18,386 nucleotides of DNA, taken from an archaeon (GTDB lineage Archaea > Asgardarchaeota > Heimdallarchaeia > Heimdallarchaeales > JAJRWK01). Within the stretch, counting starts at the first letter, position 1. The number at the start of each line of letters is the position of its first letter. Location: assembly GCA_024276795.1 (NCBI GenBank), contig JAJRWK010000083.1, positions 1 through 18,386 on the forward strand. The letters are read 5' to 3'. The position numbers were made by a program, and so were the translations under genes. Below the pieces are notes generated by a model. The model searched no databases. It was not told the DNA's origin and saw only the letters and a program-made list of their open reading frames with translations. Below, piece by piece: positions 8,996 through 16,172 of the stretch.

Positions 8996-9187
8996 ATTAG
9001 GAGAACCCTCTATCACATAGCAATAGATAACAGTACACGATGGGCTGGAAGTATTGAGGTCACAAAACTAAAAGGATACATTAATCGATGCTTATGCAAC
9101 AACACACTATGAAACTCATGCACCAACAGCAATTGATTGTACAATTTCGATTGATTTGTTTTTAAAGAGAGCTTTTGATTAGAGACA

Positions 9188-9448
9188 GTGATAATCGAAA
9201 AACTGCGGGATGATGAGGAACTAAGAGATATATTACATGAAAGTATGTTCGAAGACATAAACATTCAAATCGCACCAATTGAAAAACGTGTTACAAACCT
9301 AGGAAAAAGTAGATATTATGAGCTAAATATTTACCATGGTTCAATATCTGAGAGAAAAGCAACAACATTTAGGGTCTCTAGAAAACGGCTTAAGAATCTT
9401 AGAGAATCAATAGAAGCTGACTTGCAATTCACCAATGAGAACGGTTAA
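9188..9448 (+). CDS. small hypothetical protein (86 aa, GTG start)
   Basis: ORF bounded upstream by an in-frame TGA at 9176-9178. It has a charged, protein-like composition (EKLRDDEELRDILHESMFEDINIQ...RKRLKNLRESIEADL). It lies 14 nt upstream of the next co-oriented ORF. No family recognised and no ATG start. Confidence 0.3.
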   Translation: MIIEKLRDDEELRDILHESMFEDINIQIAPIEKRVTNLGKSRYYELNIYHGSISERKATTFRVSRKRLKNLRESIEADLQFTNENG

Positions 9449-9462
9449 ATGGAAGGGATAAA

Positions 9463-9926
9463 ATGTTAGATCAAAAAAGCAGATACGAGTGGCATGATAA
9501 GAAGTATGCCAGTTTCGAAAGAGAATATTATGTGAAATATGATAAAAATCAGGAAGTGGAATATTCCTTAGACAAGAATTATGAGCGGATAATTCAGAAT
9601 CTAAAAAAATATTTTCCAGCGAGCAAGAGTTCTTCGCAGAAATACCCCACCATATATTTTATGATGCGATAGATGCATTATTATTGATAAGAGAGCACCT
9701 CGCTCCAAAACTAAGGATTCAAAAAAACTCAATTCTGCTTTCAGGTGATGTTATTCCCTCTGATTTGACAGATCACCCACATGTTCTTGAATTAATCTTA
9801 TATGTCCCGAAAACCAAAGATTCAACTCTTATCTCACTTGAAGATTATGAAGAATTATGGTATGAGAATACACCCTTAGATATCGATAAGTACTTCATAT
9901 TCACGCTCAAATGGGATGAAGAGTGA
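9463..9926 (+). pseudogene. small gene split between two reading frames at an A7 tract (frameshifted pseudogene, homopolymer sequencing error or -1 recoding); function unknown
   Basis: The frame starting at ATG 9463 reads MLDQKSRYEWHDKKYASFEREYYVKYDKNQEVEYSLDKNYERIIQNLKK and then degenerates to a stop at 9670-9672. The -1 frame is open from 9585 and reads ...SKKIFSSEQEFFAEIPHHIFYDAIDALLLIREHLAPKLRIQKNSILLSGDVIPSDLTDHPHVLELILYVPKTKD...TLKWDEE to 9926. The track's 9684 TTG ORF is the tail of this frame. The two frames overlap across aaaaaaa at 9603-9609. Confidence 0.4.
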
Positions 9927-9986
9927 GCAATTATAATAATGATGAAAAACCATTCAAAATTCAGCGACTAAGAGATATCGCTTTTT

Positions 9987-10265
9987 TTGGAAGAAGCGTT
10001 GTATTCTCCAAGTAGAGAGAACTATCCAAATTTAACAAATAATAGTCATATTCTTGATGAGTGTTTTAGAAGAACAATTGTTTCGAGAATATATTATGCC
10101 CATTTTTCAAACCTACTAATCCTCAAAGAAGACCTTGAAGACATTTACAATGAATATTTAAATTATTTGGGAGCTAAGACAGACTATCGGCCTAGAAGCT
10201 CACACGAGATTGACATTGAATTTCTTGAATATCCAATCATGGGGAGGGCTCTTTCATTTCATTGA
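9987..10265 (+). CDS. HEPN-like domain protein (possible RNase/toxin component), possibly N-terminally disrupted
   Basis: CFRRTIVSRIYYAHFSNLL resembles the conserved helix of HEPN families. RPRSSH (10188-10205) fits the HEPN Rx4-6H catalytic motif at the expected C-proximal position. The ORF has only a TTG start. An in-frame ATGATG at 9939 is separated from it by a TAA at 9969-9971. Confidence 0.45.
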   Translation: MEEALYSPSRENYPNLTNNSHILDECFRRTIVSRIYYAHFSNLLILKEDLEDIYNEYLNYLGAKTDYRPRSSHEIDIEFLEYPIMGRALSFH

Positions 10266-10678
10266 GTTTGTTAGTTCCTAGTGTTATCGAAAGGTCGTAA
10301 TCAGCAATTATGCGGATTTTTTCATTTTCAATAATATTTTTCGAGTTTTTCGAAACAAACCTTTCTCACGTGAATAGATCAGTTGCTTTTGTGTGAGTTT
10401 GATGACAAAATAAAAGACGGATTTTCAAAAATTCGAAAAGTTATTAGCTAAGCTTTTTTGAATTAGGGACTTAAAGCGATCCAAAGAAGTTTCAGGAAAG
10501 AGAAAAGGAGAATTATGCTTTTCATTATTAAAAGAGACGGATTCTTTAGATCCATAAAAGCCATAAAATCAGTGAGAGAAACATGTGAGTAAAAATCCAC
10601 CATGACATATGAGAAGAGGTGAAAGATGGACATAGAAACCCTTAAACTCCCTGTGCTCTAATCCTTTGAAGGATAAAC

Positions 10679-12235
10679 ATGTTAGTGTTAAAAGCAAAAC
10701 GCATTGAAGGAAAAGGAGAGTTTGTAATAGCATCTCCAGCACTTTTGGAAAGTGGAAAAATCTCCTTCGAAATGCCTGTCAAAATCAAAGCGGGAGACCA
10801 TTCAGTTGTAGCTTTCGCCCAAGCAATTGAAAACATAGTTCCCCCGGATCATATAGGGATTAGTCCTGAATTGATGGAGAAATTAGGCCTTACCGATGGG
10901 GCACCAGTAACGATTTTGCAACGAAGACCCCCACCATCATATGATTTAGTGAAAAAGAAAGCATTTGGTGGAAAATGGGAAAAAAGTGATATTTACACGA
11001 TTGTGAACGATATCAGGAAGCGAGAGTACACGGATTATGAGTTAGAAATGTTCGTCCTCGCCCAGTTTTTCAAAGGGCTAGCGTCCGATGAATTAGAATA
11101 CCTTACGAGAGCAATTGCAGAATCCGGAGTAAGACTAAGCTTCGACGAGCCAGCCTATGACAAACATAGCATCGGAGGCATTCCGGGAAATAAAGTAACG
11201 CTCCTCATCGTCCCAATCGTAGCAGCAGCAGGACTACTTATTCCAAAAACAAGCAGTAGAGCGATCACGAGCCCGGCAGGAACGGCAGACACGATGGAGG
11301 TCCTAGCTCCTGTAGAGTTCAGCAAGGAAGAAATCGAAGAAATGGCACCAAAAGCCAGAGGAATGATTATTTGGGGGGGAGGCCTCGACCTCGCACCCGT
11401 TGACGATATTCTGATCAAACACGTTAAACGACACATTGGCGTGGATCCGAAAGACCAAATGATGGCCGCGATTATTGCGAAAAAACTGGCCCTAGGCATC
11501 GACAGACTAGTCATCGACCTCCCAACAGGAAGAGGAGCTAAGCTAACCACAGAAAAAGAAGCCATGGAATTCGGTCACGACGTGGTAAACCTATGCCGAC
11601 GCGTCGCAATACATGCAGAAGCCGTAATCACACACGGAGAACAACCATTGGGACACGCTGTAGGACCAGCCATAGAAGCAAGAGAAGCCCTAAGCACCTT
11701 GATGGGCAAAGGAAGCTCAAGTGTTCTCGAGAAATCTGCAGAAATTGCAGGAATACTACTCGAGATGGGAAATGTCGCACCACCCGGAAAAGGATATGAA
11801 CTAGCAAAAGAATACGTCAGCTCAGGAAAAGCATTGAAAAAATTCAAAGAAATCATCGAGTTTCAAGGAGGCAATCCCAACACCACCCCCGACGAAATCC
11901 CACTAGGCCCATACAGAGAAACATATTTGGCACACAGAAATGGCTACATCAGTAGAATTGACAATCGAATCATTTCTCTTGCTGCGAAGGCAGCAGGAGC
12001 TCCAGAAAGCAAAGGAGCGGGCCTATGGATTCATAGTAAAATGGGAGACTTCATAAAACAAGGCGATGTGGCAATAACGATTTACAGCGACAGCGAGCAC
12101 AAGCTTTCCCAAGCACTGAATATCTTGGAAACATATCCTCCTTTCTCAGCAGAGGGGTCTGTTATTTACAGGATCTCAGGATTGCGCGGGGAATCGCAAC
12201 CAGGAAACGTAATTCCATTCGAGGAGCCAATTTAA
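10679..12235 (+). CDS. deoA: AMP phosphorylase (archaeal thymidine-phosphorylase-family enzyme with N-terminal extension)
   Basis: 518-aa ORF with hallmarks of the pyrimidine-nucleoside-phosphorylase family: YDKHSIGGIPGNKVTLLIVPIVAAAG, TSSRAITSPAGTADTMEVL, IIWGGGLDLAPVDD, IIAKKLALGIDRLVIDLPTGRGAK. It also has the ~85-aa N-terminal domain (MLVLKAKRIEGKGEFVIASP...) and the length typical of archaeal AMP phosphorylases. Confidence 0.9.
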   Translation: MLVLKAKRIEGKGEFVIASPALLESGKISFEMPVKIKAGDHSVVAFAQAIENIVPPDHIGISPELMEKLGLTDGAPVTILQRRPPPSYDLVKKKAFGGKWEKSDIYTIVNDIRKREYTDYELEMFVLAQFFKGLASDELEYLTRAIAESGVRLSFDEPAYDKHSIGGIPGNKVTLLIVPIVAAAGLLIPKTSSRAITSPAGTADTMEVLAPVEFSKEEIEEMAPKARGMIIWGGGLDLAPVDDILIKHVKRHIGVDPKDQMMAAIIAKKLALGIDRLVIDLPTGRGAKLTTEKEAMEFGHDVVNLCRRVAIHAEAVITHGEQPLGHAVGPAIEAREALSTLMGKGSSSVLEKSAEIAGILLEMGNVAPPGKGYELAKEYVSSGKALKKFKEIIEFQGGNPNTTPDEIPLGPYRETYLAHRNGYISRIDNRIISLAAKAAGAPESKGAGLWIHSKMGDFIKQGDVAITIYSDSEHKLSQALNILETYPPFSAEGSVIYRISGLRGESQPGNVIPFEEPI

Positions 12236-12320
12236 GACATGAAAAAGTTGGCAGAGCAAATACTTACCTAAGAATGGGAGAAGGCAAACAAGCAAACAGC
12301 AAAAACATCATTGTCATGGT

Positions 12321-13463
12321 TTAAAAGACTTGCATATTCCATTGGACGGAGTAACTTGAAAACCAGCCCTCAACCCAGATGAAATAGTCTAGGAGGGGTA
12401 TTGCAACATCATAAAGAAGCCCTTTCAGCCACCAAGGAATGCCTTTAAAGACAGAACTCATTGCTTTTGCGAATGCGTTATTTCCAAAAGTCCAGTGCTT
12501 GTAAAGGTATTTTCGAATTTCTCCTTGTGCCTTGTAACCAAAAGTATTGAGAAATGCTTTGGTATAGCTGTTGTACAAACCAAGTGGTTCCAATAAGATC
12601 TTAGCTAAGAGCTTGAAAAGGGAAACAAAAAACTTAGCTGCAGTGTAAGCCATAAGAAATTCAACCGCAATAGATTCGATAGTATACCCTAGCGTTGTTA
12701 TTGCACTAAAAGAGGCCTGAGTCATTGGAGCGAGATAGTAGAGAAGCAAAGAGGTCAAAGTGATTTGTAATACAGGAACGACAATGGATACCCACCACCA
12801 ACCAAAATCAATCAGTTTCAGGACAAAACCAATGATTTCATAGACAAAACCCCAAGGAGACATGCTGCCCTTCAGAATAGAGTAGGTAAATACAGCGATA
12901 CCCAAGATTAACGCGGTTAGAAGGTACATGGTATTATATGTAATAGTAATCTTTAGATGGGGTACGATCCATTCCCACCAAGTCGCTATTTGGCCGTTTA
13001 TAGGCGCTAAGAATAATGCCTTGATCTCTCCACGGAGAATCTTATTTCCCAGCACAATCATCTTTTGAAATGTGTATTGTGTCTGCAATGCAGAACTACC
13101 ATACATAGTGTAAAAAATCGATGTTGCGATGAATAGGGAGGCCAGACGAGAATCAACCAGCCCTTCAAACGATATGTCCAAAGGCATGTATTGTTTAAGT
13201 TGAGAGCTATAACAAGCTGCGATGCTAATTGACGGAATGCTGTGACCTTGCAACCTTTCAGCAAGAATATGCCAAGGAATTTCTGAGCCCGTGGTTGAAT
13301 CCAACATGCCTTGAGGCGTTCCATGTCCAATGATCACTAGAATCTGGGGTGAAAATTGGGATAGTGTTTTGTCAAGAGAGTGAGCACCGATCATTAAGGA
13401 ACGAACAGATAAAGAAGTAGGTGTAATGCTAAGTTCCAAAGGGGAGACAAGTACAGTACTCAT
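12321..13463 (-). CDS. Trp-rich polytopic membrane protein with an N-terminal soluble domain bearing a clan-CD (caspase/legumain/gingipain)-like His-Gly ... Ala-Cys dyad
   Basis: 380-aa ORF with an ATG start. The first ~105 aa alternate predicted strand and helix: SVRSLMIGA / SLDKTLSQF / QILVIIGHG (His47) / IPWHILAERLQG / SIPSISIAACYSS (Cys84). The remainder consists of hydrophobic helices with Trp clusters (ATWWEW, FGWWWVS, IPWWLKG). The protease assignment is pattern-based only. Confidence 0.7.
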   Translation of the reverse strand: MSTVLVSPLELSITPTSLSVRSLMIGAHSLDKTLSQFSPQILVIIGHGTPQGMLDSTTGSEIPWHILAERLQGHSIPSISIAACYSSQLKQYMPLDISFEGLVDSRLASLFIATSIFYTMYGSSALQTQYTFQKMIVLGNKILRGEIKALFLAPINGQIATWWEWIVPHLKITITYNTMYLLTALILGIAVFTYSILKGSMSPWGFVYEIIGFVLKLIDFGWWWVSIVVPVLQITLTSLLLYYLAPMTQASFSAITTLGYTIESIAVEFLMAYTAAKFFVSLFKLLAKILLEPLGLYNSYTKAFLNTFGYKAQGEIRKYLYKHWTFGNNAFAKAMSSVFKGIPWWLKGLLYDVAIPLLDYFIWVEGWFSSYSVQWNMQVF

Positions 13464-13479
13464 GGTAGCATGGAGAATA

Positions 13480-13695
13480 CTAGGTTTGAAGGGGTGGAGA
13501 TGCAGATTGTGTCAGCTCTTGAAGTAATGTCTCCCGTGCAACGTCTAATGCAACATCTCGACCAATCGTCAATACAAGAACTTCAATACTTTCAGGCAGA
13601 GCTTGTGGAGTACTCGTAACAGAAAAGGTCAGCATAATGGCTAAACAAAGCATGATTGAGAAACGAGGGGATACTCTTTTTTCACTTTGATTCAC
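13480..13695 (-). CDS. small protein with Sec-type signal peptide; possibly the detached N-terminus of the downstream 12321-13463 gene
   Basis: 71 aa. It has a basic n-region (EKRVSPR), an h-region (FSIMLCLAIMLTFSV) and a c-region TSTPQA, followed by a strand-helix-like IEVLVLTIGRDVALDVARETLLQEL. It stops 16 nt upstream of the next ATG, in a different frame. Confidence 0.45.
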   Translation of the reverse strand: MNQSEKRVSPRFSIMLCLAIMLTFSVTSTPQALPESIEVLVLTIGRDVALDVARETLLQELTQSASPPLQT

Positions 13696-14023
13696 CTCAA
13701 GCAGATTTGAGAGATCTCTTTTTTAAAGGGCGGACATTCTCGCAAAATAAGAGGCTCACGCTTAAAAAGGATCAAAAATAGCAACAAATACACGCAATAC
13801 TACTAGCCTACTATGAAGAAATGACAAAGAAATAAGCAATGAGCGTAAGAAGAGTTGGAATTGTTAGCAACTAGACCAATTCAATGGATTAAATGACACG
13901 GGCTGTGGAGAATAGATCTCTTAGTTCTTGGTATGAGAAAAGGAGAACCAGACGCAACTCCTAGCAACTAAGTGTTGGCTGAGCGGTCATAGGATACGTT
14001 GGCTAAGCAATAAATAGTGGGCT

Positions 14024-14794
14024 CTATCCACCACTATAATATTCACCCATCGTACACGATAAGAAGCTCATGATTAGAACAGAAACAAGAACAGGGAGAG
14101 GAAGATGGGGGTAGGATTCCTGTGCAAAGGTTATCCCTAGGAATTTCGGACCCCAACCAATAAGAGATCGCCACCAAGAGTTTTTTTGTATTTTGAGAAT
14201 TTCATTTCCTTCACGATCTACAATAGTATCGCCGCAGTCTAATTGTTTTATGGCAAAAAACGTGTGGGTCAGATTCGATCCTTCTGCTGTAATACTAGTT
14301 ACAGGAACTGCAGTAGGTTTGCGGGGAAAGGCTTTTCGTTTTAGTTTCTCGCGAAGCAAAGGAGCCGCTGAATCAAGAGGAAGAAAGGATTCAAACATTT
14401 TCCATTTTTTTCCATCAACGGTTTGCCAAGTTCTAGCATGTTCTTCCCCCAACCCGGTGATCCAAGGGCTAGTTGCTCGTGGAAATAGGCTTGTCAGCCA
14501 AATCCCTGCTTTGTCAAGAACAAGTATGTCGGGCTCCTTTTTGTCGCGTTCTTCTTGTTTCAAGGGAAAAACAAGCACCCCCCCAACCAACTCAGGAACA
14601 ATCGCCGCCTCATGCTTCACTTGTCGATAAATCCCTAACGACGCCTCCCATTTACCCGGATTAATATGTTCTTTTCCAACAAGCACCCGAGTATTTGGTG
14701 GGAAATCTCTAAGGCATGCATCGCCGGTGCTTTGTTCCATTATATTCAAAAGCGATCGAACCCATGATTTATGACCAAACCGGCCCAAGTTCAT
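14024..14794 (-). CDS. hypothetical protein with a single C-terminal transmembrane anchor
   Basis: 256-aa ORF with an ATG start and ordinary globular composition. It ends in ...YPHLPLPVLVSVLIMSFLSCTMGEYYSGG (hydrophobic tail). No N-terminal signal peptide. No family recognised. Confidence 0.55.
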   Translation of the reverse strand: MNLGRFGHKSWVRSLLNIMEQSTGDACLRDFPPNTRVLVGKEHINPGKWEASLGIYRQVKHEAAIVPELVGGVLVFPLKQEERDKKEPDILVLDKAGIWLTSLFPRATSPWITGLGEEHARTWQTVDGKKWKMFESFLPLDSAAPLLREKLKRKAFPRKPTAVPVTSITAEGSNLTHTFFAIKQLDCGDTIVDREGNEILKIQKNSWWRSLIGWGPKFLGITFAQESYPHLPLPVLVSVLIMSFLSCTMGEYYSGG

Positions 14795-15476
14795 TACAAG
14801 ATGGTAATAAATTCAGATTAATATCGTTATTCTTATTCAACAAGCCTTACGAAAAAAGCGAGATGATCCTCGCATGCTTATTTAGTTAGATCTATTCCCT
14901 ACAGAATGCTAGTCAACGCTTAAGCTTACTTCCACCACCTCGAGCACAACAAAACCGACGTTGCCAAAGATAATTACCTTTCAAGAATAACATACACTAC
15001 TTCTAAACGAAAAGCAGTTTAGTTGTAATATCGGTTAAGAATACACCCGGGAGTCATTCAAATTCCAAAAGGGGAGGAGAAAATGGTTTTGGGAAAGTTT
15101 TGGCAAGGCAGAAAAAACAGCGCGTATTCTTGCTGTTCCGTTCTAACAGAGCGATGATTCAGATGATTCATATGGCTACCCCAAAAAAAGATCCTATCAT
15201 CAGAAGCCGTACAACGTGCTAGGTTCAACAGCTCACAACAAGAATCAGTAATCCAAACACAGCACAGTACGAATTCCCAATGTATTGTTTTCATTAATCC
15301 AGAAACATGAAAACCGTCTACAGTAAGCAAATCCAGTTCGGGCTCGTATGTAGCTTGTAGCAATGAAGCAGTCCTTAGTTTTAGAAATCAGATAGTAAAC
15401 AATTGAAGGCCCTAGTAGACAAGCAGAATTGTAGAAAAGTAGAAATAACGCAATATGAAATCATGTGTGAGTAACA

Positions 15477-15743
15477 ATGAGAGCCAGTATTAAGATACGA
15501 GTCGAGGATAAAGAGAAAATTGACAAACTACGGGCGAAACTGTTATTGAAAGGAATTAAATTAAGCCAAGAAGAGTTATTGGGAAAACTAATTGAATTAG
15601 GAGAAAAAGAGTTGCTTCAAATGATTGAAAAATCATCAACTGTAATGAGTAGAAAGAAAAAGAAGGAAATTTTGTCAAGAGGATACGATTTACCAGTTAT
15701 TTCAGCCGAAGAAATAGATGAAATCATTTACGGGGAAATATAA
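15477..15743 (+). CDS. vapB: ribbon-helix-helix (CopG/VapB-like) antitoxin
   Basis: 88 aa. The N-terminal strand-helix-helix pattern is IKIRVEDKEKIDKLRAKLLLKGIKLSQEELLGKLIELG. Its stop codon TAA (15741-15743) directly abuts the ATG of the PIN gene. Confidence 0.8.
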   Translation: MRASIKIRVEDKEKIDKLRAKLLLKGIKLSQEELLGKLIELGEKELLQMIEKSSTVMSRKKKKEILSRGYDLPVISAEEIDEIIYGEI

Positions 15744-16172
15744 ATGGGCGTCTTGTTAGATACTAGCTTCCTATATGTTTTCTACAACAAGAATGATCCA
15801 AAACACACAACAATTAAAAAAGTGTATTCTCAGATGTTAGACGGAGAGTTTGGTCAGATCATCTTACTAGATTATGTCTTTGACGAATTAATTACTTTAA
15901 TCTCTGCCCGGACAAGAAACACAAAAATAGCTGCCCAGATTGGCGAGAACATTTTGCATGACTCAAAGGATTACTTAGCCTTATCATTTTGTGGCGAACG
16001 TGACTTTCGTAACGCATGGCTACTTTTTAGACGACAAGACAAAAAAACAAAATTTTTGTCATTTACGGACTGTGTCATCATTTCTGTAGCTAATTCCCTT
16101 AGAAACTCCTGGGTGGCCACACTAGATCAGCACTTCTCAAATTGGGTGAAAGTGATACCAGAACGCCAATAA
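15744..16172 (+). CDS. vapC: PIN-domain ribonuclease toxin VapC
   Basis: 142 aa with the four conserved acidic positions of PIN domains in the expected order: LLDTSFL (Asp6), DYVFDELITL (Glu), SFTDCVIISVA (Asp), ATLDQHF (Asp). Confidence 0.9.
   Translation: MGVLLDTSFLYVFYNKNDPKHTTIKKVYSQMLDGEFGQIILLDYVFDELITLISARTRNTKIAAQIGENILHDSKDYLALSFCGERDFRNAWLLFRRQDKKTKFLSFTDCVIISVANSLRNSWVATLDQHFSNWVKVIPERQ

Noticed and set aside
8404-9264. Antisense ORFs 8366-8551, 8404-8850 and 9013-9264 (minus)
   Set aside because: The first two mirror the tandem repeat and coiled-coil gene on the opposite strand (repetitive SFISSLN). The third is Ser/Leu low-complexity sequence overlapping the start of the 9188 ORF. 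No independent support.
11155-11856. ORFs 11155-11565(-), 11575-11856(-) and 11593-11799(+) inside the AMP phosphorylase gene
   Set aside because: These are shadow ORFs of a confidently identified 518-aa gene. Their composition (Ser/Pro/Ala or Arg-rich) is typical of wrong-frame translation.
13865-13970. Direct 9-nt repeat tagcaacta (13865-13873 and 13962-13970) and palindrome agagatctct (about 13718-13727) in the 13696-14023 intergenic region
   Set aside because: These are short enough to occur by chance in AT-rich DNA and have no associated structure or gene boundary. Recorded only as possible operator candidates for the 13695 promoter.
15058-15363. 101-aa ORF (minus, TTG start)
   Set aside because: It has a non-ATG start, a Cys/Trp/His-rich composition unlike the neighbouring proteins, and no recognisable motif. 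Not called as a gene, but noted in the gene-poor-gap finding.
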